DNA of 64,000 nt from Mobula birostris. Lineage: Eukaryota. Shown here one piece after another: positions 12,729 to 24,880 of this stretch (the first letter of the stretch is position 1; each line of letters opens with the position of its first letter). Below the pieces are notes generated by a model. It was not told the DNA's origin and searched no databases. It was given only the letters and a program-made list of their open reading frames with translations. A program made the position numbers and the translations under genes. The stretch lies in the NCBI RefSeq assembly GCF_030028105.1, contig NC_092386.1, positions 24,899,721 through 24,963,720 of the forward strand, read 5' to 3'.

Positions 12729-13429
12729 ACCTCTCTATTATATTCCCAATGCAGTCTGACCAATGCATTATAAAGCCTCAACATTACATCCTCTCAAAAC
12801 AAAAGCTAACACTGCATTTGCCTTTCTTACCACTGACTCAACCTGCAAGTTAACCTTTAGGGACAAGGACTCCCAAATCCCTTTACATCTCTGATTTTTG
12901 AATTTTCTCCCCATTTAGAAAATAGTCTACTCCTTTATTCCTTCTACCAAAATGCATGACCATCCACTTCCCTACACTATATTCCATCTGCCACTTCTTT
13001 GCCCATTCTCCTAATTTGTCAAAGTCCTTCTGCTTCCCCAGCACTACTTGCCTTTCCACCTTTCTTTGTATCATCCACAAAGTGGTCAGAAAGCCGTCAT
13101 CCAAATCATTCACATGTACTGTAAAAAGAAGCAGCCTGAACATCAACCCCTGCAGAACACCACTAGTCACTGGCGGCCAACTAGAAAAGGGTCCTTTTAT
13201 TCCCACTTTTTGCCTCCTGCCAGTCAGCCAATCTTCTATCCATGCTAGTATCTTTCCTGTACTACCATGGTCTCTTATCTTGTTAAACAGTTACATGAGC
13301 GACACCTTGTCAAAGGCCTGAAAATCCGAGTAAACAACATACTCTGACTCTCCTTTCTCTACCCTGCCTGTTATTTCCTCAAAGAATTCCAACAGATTTG
13401 TCTGTATGGTACAGTCAATTACTGTAGGT

Positions 13430-14530
13430 CTTTATTAGACAGGGAACTGAGTTCAAGAACTGCGAGGTAATGTTGCAGCTCTATAAAATCATTGTTAGAC
13501 CACACTTGGAATATTGTGTTCAGTTCTGATCACCTCATTATAGGAAAGATGTGAAAGCTTTAAAGTGGGTGCAGAGGAGATTTACCAGGATGTTGCCTGG
13601 ATTAGGGAGTATGTCTTATGAGGATAGGTTGAGTGAGCTAGGGCTGTTCTCTTTGAAGAAAAGAAGGATGAGAGAGGTGTACAAGATGATAAAAGGAATA
13701 GATTGAGTGGACAGCCAGAGACTTTTTCCCAGGGAGGAAATGGCTAATACAGGGTGCATAATTTTAAGGTGATTGGTGGAAAGTATAGAGGAAAATATCA
13801 GATGTAAGTTTTTTTATAAAGAGTGGTGGGTGCGTGGAATGTCCTGTCAGGGGTTGTGGTAGAGGCAGATACATTAGGCACATTTCAAAACTTTAAGTGG
13901 AGGTCTATGTATAAAGGAAGAGTTGGATTGATCTTAGAGTTGTTATGAGACCAGTGCAACATTGTGGGTTGAAGGACCTGTTCTGTGCTGTAATAATCAT
14001 ATTCTATAAAACCAGAGGAAGGGAATTTATAATAGGGGACAAGAAAATGACAGAGCTATTAAATTCATCTTCAGTTTTGCCTTTCCAAAGAAAGACACAA
14101 ATGACCCCCTAGAACCTTTGGAAACATAAGATTTAGTTATAGGCAGGAACTGAATAAAATCAATACAAGGAGTGAAACGGTATTAAGGGAATTGATTGAT
14201 TGAAGACAAATAAATGCCCATAGCTTGGTAATCTATATCCCAGCGTAGGGAAGAAGTAATAGATGCTTTGCTGGATGTTTTCCAATGTTCTATAGACTCT
14301 GGAGCAGTTCCAGTTGATGAGAGGGTAGCTAATGTAACCTTACTATTTAAAGGAAAAAAGAGAGAGAAACTAGGAATTACTGACTTAGCTTGAATTTGGT
14401 AGTGGGGAAAATGTTACAGTAAAAAAGGTGGAATAGAAAAACACATAGGAACGTTATCAACATGGTTTATGAACAACAAATCATGCTTGACAAAACTTCT
14501 GGTGGGAAGTAGATTAGGGAGAACTTGTGG
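13430..14530 (+). mobile_element. CR1 ORF2 fragments (3' end 13430-14005; older internal piece 14010-14530)
   Basis: TTAGACCACACTTGGAATATTGTGTTCAGTTCTG..., GAGGGTAGCTAATGTAACC..TATTTAAA, AAATCATGCTTGACAAA. Confidence 0.8.
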
Positions 14531-14628
14531 CTAACTTGGTAATTGCTTTATTATTGTTGCATGTACCGAAACACAAGGAAATACTTTCGTTTGTGTACCA
14601 TCCATACAGATCATTTCATAGCATAGAT

Positions 14629-17600
14629 ACAGTGTTGTGCAAAAGTCTTATAAAGCTAGGATGCCTAAGGTTATTACACAGTACCATGGTAATTTAGAAA
14701 CCATGGAAACCATAGAAAAACTACAGCACAGAAACAGGCCTTTTGGCCCTTCTTGGCTGTGCCGAACCATTTTCTGCTTAGTCCCACTGACCTATGCACA
14801 TGGACCATATCCCTCCATACACCTCCCATCCATGTATCCGTCCAATTTATTCTTAAATGTTAAAAAAGAACCCGCATTTACCACCTCATCTGGCAGCTCA
14901 TTCCACACTCCCACCACTCTCTGTGTGAAGAAGCCCCCCCCTAATGTTCCCTTTAAACTCCCCCCCCCTCACCCTTAACCCATGTCCTCTGGTTTTTTTC
15001 TCCCCTCGCCTCAGTGGAAAAAGCCTGCTTGCATTCACTCTATCTATACCCATCATAATTTTATATACCTCTATCAAATCCCCCCTCATTCCTCTACGCT
15101 CCAAGGAATAAAGTCCTAACCTATTCAACCTTTCTCTGTAACTGAGTTTCTCAAGTCCAGGCAACATCCTTGTAAACCTTCTCTGCATTCTTACAACCTT
15201 ATTAATATCCTTCCTGTAATTTGGTGACCAAAACTGAACACAATACTCCAGATTCGGCCTCACCAATGCCTTATATAACCTCATCATAACATTCCAGCTC
15301 TTATACTCAATACTTTGATTAATAAAGACCAATGTACCAAAAGCTCTCTTTACGACCCTATCTACCTGTGATGCCACTTTTAGGGAATTTTGTATCTGTA
15401 TTCCCAGATCCCTCTGTTCTACTGCACTCCTCAGTGCCTTACCATTTACCCTGTATGTTCTACCTTGGTTTGTCCTTCCAAAGTGCAATACCTCACACTT
15501 GTCTGTATTAAACTCCATCTGCCATTTTTCAGCCCTTTTTTCCAGCTGGTCCAAATCCCTCTGCAAGCTTTGAAAACCTTCCACACTGTCCACTACACCT
15601 CCAATCTTTGTATCATCAGAAAATTTGCTGATCCAGTTTACCACATAATCATCCAGATCATTGATATAGATGACAAATAACAATGGACCCAGCACTGATC
15701 CCTGTGACACACCACTAGTCACAGGCCTCCACTCTGAGAAGCAATCCTCTAATTCTCTGGCTTCTTCCATTGAGCTAATATCTAATTCAATTTACCACCT
15801 CTCCATGTATACCTAGCGACTGAATTTTCCTAACTAACCTCCCATGCGGGACCTTGTCAAAGGCCTTACTGAAGTCCATGTAGACAGCATCCACTGCCTT
15901 CCCTTCATCCACTTTCCTGGTAACCTCCTTGAAAAACTCCAATAAGTTGGTCAAACATGACCTACCATGCACAAAGTCATGTTGGCTCTCCCTAATAAGT
16001 CCCTGTCTATCCAAATCCTTGTAGATTCTGTCTCTTAGTACTCCCTCCAATAACTTACTCACTACCAACGTCAAACTTACAGGCCTATAATTTCCCAGAT
16101 TACTTTACAATCCTTTTTTAAACAATGGAACAACATGAGCCATTCTCCAGTCCTCTGGCACCTCACCCGTAGACACTGACATTTTAAATATATCTGCCAT
16201 GGCCCCTGCAATTTCAACACTAGTCTCCTTCAAGGTCCGAGGGAATACCCTGTCAGGTCCTGGGGATTTATCCACTTTAATTTGCCTCAAGATAGCAAGC
16301 ACCTCCTCCTTTTCAATCTGTACAGTTTCCATTATCTTACTACTTGTTTCCCTTAATTCCATAGACTTCATGCCAGTTTCCTTAGTAAATACAGATGCAA
16401 AAAACCCATTTAAGATCTCCCCCATTTCTTTAGGTTCCACACATAGTCAACCACTCTGATCTTCAAGAGGACCAATTTTATCCCTTACAATCCTTTTACT
16501 CTTAATATACCTGTAAAAGCTCTTTGGATTATCCTTCATTTTGACTGCCAAGGCAACCTCATGTCTTCTTTTAGCCCTCCTGATTTCCTTAAGTATTTTC
16601 TTGCACTTTTTATACTCCTCAAGCACCTTATTTACTCCCTGTTTCCTATACATGTCATACAACTCTCTCTTCTTCTTTATCAGAGTTGCAATATCCCTTG
16701 AAACCAAGGTTCCTTATTCCTATTCACTTTGCCTTTAATCCTGACAGGAACATACAAGCTCTGCACTCTCAGAATTTCTCATTTGAAGGTTTCCCACTTA
16801 CCGATCATATCCTTGCCCGAGAACAACCTGTCCCAATCCACGCTTTTTAGATCCTTTCTCATTTCTGCAAATTTGGCCTTCTTCCAGTTTAGATCCTCAA
16901 CCCTAGGGCCAGATCTATCTTTATCCATGATCAAGTTGAAACTATGGTGTTATGATCACTGGAACCAAAGTGCTCTAGTTGGTACCTTTATATATTGATT
17001 TAGAAAACTTTCCTGAACACATTTTACAAACTCTAACCCATCTAGACCCCCAACAGTATGGGAGTCCCAATCAATATGTGGAAAATTAAAATCCCCTACC
17101 AACACAACTTTATGTTTCCTGCGGTTGCCTGCTATCTCTCTGCAGATTTGCTCCTCCAATTCTCGCTGACTATTGGGTGGTCTATAATACAACCCCACTA
17201 ATGTGGCCATACCTTTCCTGTTTCTCAGCTCCACCCATTAGGACTCAGTAGACAAGCCCTCTAATCTGTCCTGCCTGAGCACTGCTGTAACATTTTCCCT
17301 GACAAGCAATGCTCCCACCCCCCACCTTTCATTCCTCTGCCTCTATCTCATCTGAAACATCGGAACCCTGGAATATTAGGCTGCCAGTCCTGCCCCTCCT
17401 GTAGCCAAGTTTCACTAATTGCTATAACGCCATAATTCCACGTGTCAATCCACGCCCTCAACTCGTCTGCCTTCCCTGCAATACTCCTAGCATTGAAATA
17501 TATACACCTTGTTGCATTGCACTGTGTGAGAGATGATAGACATGATTCTGATATGGGTCTCTACTGTGGACTGAGAGTGGGAAGGGGGCAGGGAGAGAAG

Positions 17601-17867
17601 AATCGTGGTTGGGAAAAGGGGAAGGGAGCAGGAAGCATCAGAGAGACATTCTGTAATGATCAATAAACCAATTGTTTGGAATCAAATCACTTTGCCTGGT
17701 GTCTCAGGGCTGGGTGTGTCTGCATCGGTAACACCTTCCACCCCTGGCACTCCTTCTCTGCCTCCTGCTCCACACCCCTCCTGCCCTCCACCCTTGCCAT
17801 CCTCAAAAACCTTCTCACCCGCCACATTTACAAACTCGCTCCCAGTGCCACGTTGACAAATACAGTA
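14629..17867 (+). mobile_element. Composite Tc1-type MITE (14629-14694 plus 17510-17867) split by a CR1 insertion
   Basis: The two halves together match the element at 23507-24053 in reverse orientation. Confidence 0.7.
14695..17510 (-). mobile_element. Young CR1 LINE, nearly full ORF2 (APE + RT) with frameshifts and an internal deletion
   Basis: ORFs YYRPPNS..VGDFNFPHIDW (APE), YMDFSKAFDKVPHG, QGSVLGPLLF..KFSDDTK; tail (AAACCATRG)n. Confidence 0.96.
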
Positions 17868-17934
17868 CAACAGGAAAGCAATAACAGAACACAGAATATA
17901 ATGTTACATTTGCATTTACAGAGAAAGTGCAAGG

Positions 17935-18570
17935 TACATCACCATGGAGATACAGGAGCCTTAAGACACACACTCAGCATTTTAGGAACAGCTTCTTTCC
18001 CTCTGCCATCAGATTTCTGAATGGTCCATGAACCCAAAAACACCACCTTACCTTTTTTGCTATCTTTTTACACTATTTATTTTTTTCATATTTCTTACTG
18101 TAACTTATAGTAATAATGTATTTCAAAAAAACATATTTCATGATATATGTCAATGATAATAAACCTGATTCTGATTCTGACATGGACAAGAAGGTACAGA
18201 GATAGAGTTAATATTTATCGTACAAGAGGTCTGCTAAGTAGTAGTAAGTCCCTGTTGATCCTCACCAATTTTTATAGATGCACCATGGAAAACTTTCGAC
18301 CTGGACACATCACCACTTGGTGTAGCAACTGCTCTGTCCAGGACTGTAAGAAATTGCGGGAAGTTTTAGACACAGCTTAGCACGTCACATGAACTCTGCC
18401 TGCTCTTCTTGCCACCTCAAAAGAGCTGGTCGGTGACTTGAGAAAGTTGTGCAGAGCTTATGCTTCTGTATGTATCAATGATGCTGAGAAGGAGATAATT
18501 GAGAGCTTCAAGTTCCTAGTGGAAACATCACCTATAGCATGTCCTGATCCAAGCACATTGACACTATGGT
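17935..18570 (+). mobile_element. Rex1/Babar-like LINE fragments
   Basis: 3' tail ATAAACCTGATTCTGATTCTGA at ~18160-18180; ORF LTNFYRCTMEN..HITTWCSN. Confidence 0.65.
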
Positions 18571-18579
18571 CATGAATGG

Positions 18580-18940
18580 AGATGATGGAGTGTACCTGAA
18601 AAGTCAGATAAAGTCCTACAGAAGAGATTAGAGTACAAAATTAAAGCACATGTGATTGGGATTATGGTACCTATAGGTCACAGGTTTAAAGTGAAAGGTG
18701 AGATCATTAAGGGGAATCTGAGGGAAATCTTCTTCAGTTAGAAGGTGGTGTAATTGTGGAACAAGCTGCTAGTGGTAGTGGTTGGGGCAGATTGAAGTGC
18801 AAATTTAAGAGAAGTTTGCATGAAAAGGGTCCGGAAGGTTACGTGGATGTGGGTGGTTGGGACTAGGCAGAAAAACAGATGGGCATGGACTGGATGGTCT
18901 GAGGGAACCTGTTTCTGTTCTGACTCCTCAATGACTCTAT
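18580..18940 (+). mobile_element. CR1 3' fragments
   Basis: GGTCACAGGTTTAAAGTGAAAGGTGAG..TTCTTCAGTTAGAAGGTGGTG..TGGAAC. Confidence 0.6.
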
Positions 18941-19552
18941 GATGCTGCTTTGGCACTGGCACAGGATTGACGCAGACTACAGACGGTCTTCTGCCAGGAA
19001 CTTCTCCCAAAGACAATTATTTACCTTGATTGATTTGTCAGCTGTCATTCTGTCTGGTTCAAGATCTAGATTCATTGACTAGAAAAAGGCCCAGAGCCCA
19101 GAGATTGAGTATTGAGAATTAATTTGAATGATACAGCTAAATCACGTTCCTGTAAAAGACGTTTTATATTTAAGTGCAGCAAAGTATGTCAGAAGATTGT
19201 ACCATGGATTCTGGTTAAAGGATAGTAATTGACTGATCCATTGATATCTGGAGAGATGTGCTTGAATCTTCAATTTTATGACCATGTAATAGGTCCTTGA
19301 TTTTGCTTTGGAGATGCCTTAATTACTTGACAACCTGGTTTAATCCCATTGCACTAGCACAAGGGATAAGCAGGCAATTAAAATGGAAGGAATATTCTGT
19401 GCTACGTTCTGACACCAAACCATTTTAATTGCTGGAGCCCAAGCTGTGAGAAAATGTATGTGTTTCAGTGACAGAGGGACATAATTAAAATGGGCAGGTT
19501 ACGGCTGGACTGGATTCAGAAGTCTGAGTTTAGCTGCCAGTGCAGCACTGTA

Positions 19553-20087
19553 CACTGAGTGGTCCTGGACCTAATAAAGTGGCCCCTGGGTGCATGTTTG
19601 TGGTCTTCTGCTACTGTTGCCATCTACTTTAAAGGTTGATGTTTTGTGTGTTCACAAGTTGCTTTTCTACTCACGGTTGTAATGCGTGATCATCTGTGCT
19701 ACTACCACCTTCCTGTCAGCTTGAACAAGTCTGACCATACTCCTCTGACCTCTCCCATTAACAAGGAGTTCTTGCTCACTGGATGTTTATTGTTTTTCAT
19801 ACCATTCTCTGTAAACTCTAGGGAGTGTTGTACATGAAAATCCCAGGAGATCAGCAGATTCTGAGATACTCAAACTGCCCCATCTGGCACCAACAATCAT
19901 TCCATGGTCAAGGTCACTTAGCTTACATTTCTTCTCCTTTCCAAAGCTTGGTCTGAACAATAACTGAACCTCTTGACCATGCCTGCATGCTTTTATGCAT
20001 TGAGTTGCTGCCACATGATTGGTTGAATGGATCATTTGCAGAAACAATCAGTTGTACTGGTGTACCTAATAAAGTGGCCACTAAGTG
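19553..20087 (-). mobile_element. Non-autonomous Tc1 derivative retaining the transposase N-terminal HTH
   Basis: TIRs CACTGAGTGG../..CCACTAAGTG; ORF LSDLDHGMIVGARWGSLSISESADLLGFSCTTLPRVYREW. Confidence 0.85.
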
Positions 20088-21134
20088 TGTGTCCATCCAA
20101 ACCTGGCAACCAGAGGAGGTCTAGTTAAATCGCTTTTACACACTGTTAAGGGTCTTTAAATATTCTGCCTAATTCACCTCACAGTTCAAAGTAAATTTAT
20201 TATCTAATTACATATACGTCACCATATACAACCCTGAGGTTCATTTTCTTGAGTCTCCTCCTCTCTCCCATGGGCTGCTTCTTCTATCAGATTTCCTTTT
20301 CTTGTATATTGATTACTAAATCATTACCATCAGATTTAGCAAAGAAATGTAAATGAAACCCCATTTAAATTAGCCTGAAAACGTGACAGGTGTCAGTGAA
20401 AGTTTCCCCTGTCTCCAAGGGAAACCTGGCCCAGGATGTCTCTGTACAGTATAAGATCTGTGTGAATCCATCATGTTAACCCTAGTTCCTGGGAAAAGAG
20501 CGTCATTTGAAGTAACCAGAGATCTGCTGATTCTCCATCTGAATGCTCTTGTGACTTCATTTAGCAAGATTTTGATTCAGGATTTCGCTTGATAAGATTC
20601 AAATATCAAGCTGACATGAATGATTATTTCTGCCTGGTAGCTGCATAATCTATGTCTCAGAATGCTGAAAGTGCAAATGGGTGGTGAATTATCTGTGCCT
20701 GACACTGGAAAGGCAAAACAATTAGCCAAGATTCAGTGTTTGAGAAAGGTAGGAAATTACACTGTCAATGGGATGAGGAAGTGATACTTAACCTAGTGAT
20801 CCCATAGTTCATAAATCAAATCATACCTGTTTCTTCCATGGTTCTTTGGGAATTCTCACTGAGTTGTCTGCTGAACGATTTGGTGTTAGATCATGCAGTG
20901 AAATGAGTAGATGCTATTGCCATATTGTTTCATAAAGTACCAGAAAAGAAATAATCCAAAACTGAGGATCATTATCCATGTCTATCTTTTCTGGTCAGTC
21001 ACAATATGAAAAACAGGATGTCAATTACTTTGTGGTGTGCTCTGTCATAGAATCTATGCATCTCACTGGTCATTTTTTAACTCAGTAAACGCTGCTGGTT
21101 TGGCTCTGCGTTGTCACCTGCTGGTGGACTTAAA

Positions 21135-21400
21135 CATCGAACATAGAACATTAGAGCTCAGTACAGGCCCTTCAGCCCATAATGTTGTGCCGACCTTATA
21201 ACCTAATCTAAGATCAACCTAGCCCCTCCCTCCCACAGAGCCCTCCATTTTTCTAGCATCCATGTGCCTATTTAGGAGTCTCTTAAATGCTCCTAATGTA
21301 TCTGCCTCTACCACCAGCCCTGGAAGAGTATTCCGCGTACCTGCCACTCTCTGTGTAAAAAATTCTTACACCTGACATCTCCCCTATACACTCCTCAGTT
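21135..21400 (-). mobile_element. CR1 3' end
   Basis: GAACATAGAACA..CAGTACAGGCCCTTCAGCCCATAATGTTGTGCCGACC. Confidence 0.8.
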
Positions 21401-21694
21401 ACCTGAAAAATATAATAATTATCTATCGGTTATTCAAGATCTTTGTAACTAATCTGTGGAAAAACTGGCTATCGCTTTGATCCTCACAATACCACAGTGC
21501 TCAGTATGAAGCCCTTCTCCTGTTTATCTCCTCAATACACTTGGCATGACCACTTAACATGACTTAGAAGGTAACAAAGGAAGTAAGTGCCCAAATTTTG
21601 TTTTTCTTTTTTAAATTTTTTTAGAAGTGTCAGATATGTGTGTTATTATGATAAACTGCCAAAGGAATAGAGAAGTTCCAAATTTTGGTGAAGG

Positions 21695-22260
21695 TCTCTG
21701 TCAGTCAGAGTTCACCATGGATATTGCATCCTAGCTGTCTAGATATGCAAGCCTGGGCAGTACGATATGGAGAGCAAGCTGTGCCCATGTAGCAAGCTCC
21801 CCCTCTTCATGCAACTGATGAATCCAAACTAACGGCAGAGACCGATACAGTTCGGTACCAGCAGCGTTGCAGGAGTTGCCAGTCAGCATTGAACTCAATG
21901 TAGGACTGCCTTAGGGATTCCAGCTCCGGACTTTTCCCTTGGAGTTTACTCCCAAAGCTTTTCCCATGGATGGATATAGCTACAAGGTAGCGGAGGCTTG
22001 AGATCTGAGTTTTCCTTCTCCTAGTTGAGTTGCCAAATATGTCAGTGGAGCCCCATTTACCTGAAGGGACTGGTTTTAAGGCACCAGTAGCCCACCTTTG
22101 CCACTTCTCCTGTCAGTAGAAATGGTTCCACCAGGCTTTGTAGCTAAGCCACATGTGAAGGCCAGGAGTTGTCAGAGATTATTTGAGGTGCACGCCATTG
22201 GGAGTATCTAATAGGTAGTGAGAGCTTGTCCCCATTACCACACCCGGCTATAACAACCTT
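21695..22260 (-). mobile_element. Non-autonomous RTE-related element (5' UTR-derived)
   Basis: Shares GCCTGGGCAG..GTATGG..GCCCATG..GCAAG.TCCCC..CCGATACAG..GGTACCAG with the SINE at 11135; no ORF. Confidence 0.6.
22107..22248 (-). ncRNA. Candidate HDV-like self-cleaving ribozyme
   Basis: Minus strand, in canonical order: P1 GCCGGG, P2 CUCCUG, P3 GCC, L3 UUCACAUGU, P3' GGC, 12-nt insert, P1' CCUGGU, GGAA, J4/2 CUGA, P2' CAGGAG. Confidence 0.55.
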
Positions 22261-22815
22261 AAATTCTGTGGGAATAAGCAAAGGTTGGTCCTTAACTTAA
22301 AGTTGCAATAGCACACACCTACTACACAATTAAGCATCTCCTATTATATAGCCAGGGACAAAGAAACTTGGCTTATAAATGACACAGACACAAAACTTTT
22401 TCAGCACACATCACCATTTGTTTTCTTGGTCTGAGGATACTGAATGGAACGTGAATCTGATGTGACAAGGCATGTAAAATGTGAAAACACTTGGGCTAAT
22501 GGTAGGTCATCAATTGCGCATTAATGCAATATACTTCCAGCATGGATTTCAAGAGACTGAACTATCCTCAATGTTAACCCAAGCTGAAAATTTCTTAGTG
22601 GTTACCATTTATTCACTCCATTGCACATTCACAACACCTTGATAGAAATGCATTCTACCCAAGATGGTAATACTTACTTTAATGAAAGAACAGCTAGAAA
22701 TATTGTAAGATCAGTCATTTAGTGCAGTAGTGCACATATTCATTTAGACAAAACCAAGCACTAGTGAATTAATTTTATAAGATAGGCTAATTGTACATTG
22801 TTGTGAGACCATAAG

Positions 22816-23104
22816 CAGACATCCCACCTCTCCCGGAACTTCCGGGAGTCTCCCGCATATGAATAGTGGCTCCCTGATGCCGGCAAATTATATACAATAT
22901 CACGGAAATCAATTTTATTGAGAGTGAGCGAGAGAAAAGCAAGAGAGAGCGACCACGAGAGAGAGCGCGCGAGAGAGAGAGCGAGAGAGAAAGCGAGAGA
23001 GAACGAGCGAGCAAGAAAGCAAGCGAGAGCGAAAGCAAGCGAGAGAGGGAGAGAGAGCGAGCGAGAGAGAAAGCAAGCGAGAGCACTTGAGAGCGCATGA
23101 GCGG

Positions 23105-23138
<34 letters not shown>

Positions 23139-23486
23139 CAGCGCGCCATGACAGAGTGTTCCAAAAAAAATATAAAACGTACGTCACCCCATACTATAAT
23201 AAAGTGTACCCCTGCCTAATAGGGGTCAAACTAATGACGGTGTTGCTCGCTGCACTGTTTGCAACAATGACTTTTCTATTACCCATGGTGGGTTAAGACT
23301 GTAAAAGACATGTTGAGGTGAGTTTAACAGGTGTCATTCGTTCATTAGCATAGCTAACGTTATTTAAACTAGCTGGCTAGCTGCTAAGGAGCTACTCTAT
23401 TGCAGACATCCCACCTCTCCCAGAAGTCTCCCACAAATTGATGGTGCTACCTCCCTGAAATGAGTTTTTGCAGGGTGGGATGTCTG
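22816..23486. mobile_element. Non-autonomous DNA transposon, 13-bp TIR, 7-bp TSD
   Basis: CAGACATCCCACC...GGTGGGATGTCTG flanked by CCATAAG on both sides. Confidence 0.88.
22920..23135. repeat. Compound (GA)n/(GAGC)n microsatellite
   Basis: Directly visible. Confidence 0.95.
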
Positions 23487-23506
23487 CCATAAGACCATAA
23501 AAAATA

Positions 23507-24053
23507 TAGTACTGTGCGAAAGTATATATAGCTAGGGTGCCTCATACTTTTGCAGAGTTTTGTATTTGTCAACGTGGAGCAGAGATCGAGCTTGTAAATC
23601 TGGCAGGAGCAAAGGATGTTGGGATTGGCGAGGAAGGAGCACCCTGGAAGGAGTGTGGGTCAAGTGGCAGAGAAGGAGGTCTGGGGCAAGGGGAGGGTGT
23701 GGCATGGGTGCAGACACACCCAGCCCTGAGACACCAGGCAAGGTCATTTGATTCCAAATAATCAGTTTGTTGATCATCACAGAGTGTCTCTCTGGTGCTT
23801 TCTGCTCCTTCCCCTCGCCATTTCCCTTTCCCCAAACATGAATCCCTTCTCCCTGCCCCCTTCCTACTCTCAGTTCACAATTAAGACCCTTATCAGAATC
23901 AGATTTATCATCATTCACATATGTCATGAAATTTGCTTTTTTTGTAGCATCTGTACAGTGCAATATTAATAATTACTACAGTACTGTGCAAAAGCCTTAG
24001 GCACCCTAGCTATATAGCTATATATACATGCCTAAGGCTTTTAAGCAGTACTG
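23507..24053 (-). mobile_element. Composite Tc1-type MITE (mini-palindrome, cargo, mini-palindrome)
   Basis: (C)AGTACTGTGCAAAAG-type TIR pairs at 23507-23572 and 23979-24053 bracketing ~400 bp. Confidence 0.78.
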
Positions 24054-24057
24054 CACA

Positions 24058-24880
24058 ACCAGAATTAGACTATTTGTTCCAAGGAGTCAATTCTACCATT
24101 CGATCATGACTGATTTATTATCTCTCTCAACGGCATTCTCTTGCCTTCTCCCTGTAATCTTTGATGCCCTGACTAATCAAGAACCTGCCAAATTTCACTC
24201 TAAATAAACCCAATGACTTAACCTCTAAAGCTATTTGTGGCCATGAATTCTACAGATTCACCACCGGCTGGTAAAGAAATACTTCTTCATCTCTGTTCTA
24301 ATGAGACTCCTGGTATTCTGAGGCTGTGCCTTCTGATCTTAGACTCTTCCGCTATTGGAACCTTCCACTCTATCAAGGCCTTTCAATATTGAGTAGGATT
24401 CAATAAGCGCTTTTAAACTCCAACGAGTAAGGCCCAGAGCCATCAAACACTCCTCATATGTTAACCTTTTAATTCCAGGGATTATTCTCATAAACTGTCT
24501 CCAATGCTAGCACATCTTTGTATTGTAAATTGTCCCATGATTGGATTAGGGTTAAACTGGGGTTGTTGGGGATCGCTGGGGTGGTGCTGTTTGAAGGCTC
24601 GGAAGGGCCTACTCCAAGCTGCACCACAAAATAAATAAATAAACAACCTTCGGGGGATTCTACATGAGGCTCCCAAGGTCATTTGCTCCTCCAATTTCTG
24701 ACTTTGCTTGCTGTCTAGAAAATAGTCTGCACCTTTACTCCTTCTACTAAAATGCATGGCCATAGAATTCCCTACACTGTAATCCATCTGCCACTGCTTT
24801 GCTAATTCTCTAATCTGTCTAAGTCCATCTGCACACTCCCTACTTCCTCAACCCTGCCTGCCCCTTCACCTCTCTTTAGT
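24058..24880 (-). mobile_element. CR1 3' fragment with nested SINE tail (~24520-24642)
   Basis: Similar to 11020-13400; ORF DYSVGNSMAMHFSRRSKGADYFL. Confidence 0.75.

Larger units (their letters stand above)
11020..13400 (-). mobile_element. CR1 LINE ORF2 pseudogene with two nested insertions
   Basis: ORFs VTSGVLQGL..HVNDLDDG, FWAPYLGNDV, LRLYNALVRLH; tail ACCATAAGACATAGGAG. Confidence 0.88.

Noticed and set aside
22787-23296. SLSLSL / RERERE ORFs
   Set aside because: Translations of the GA microsatellite.
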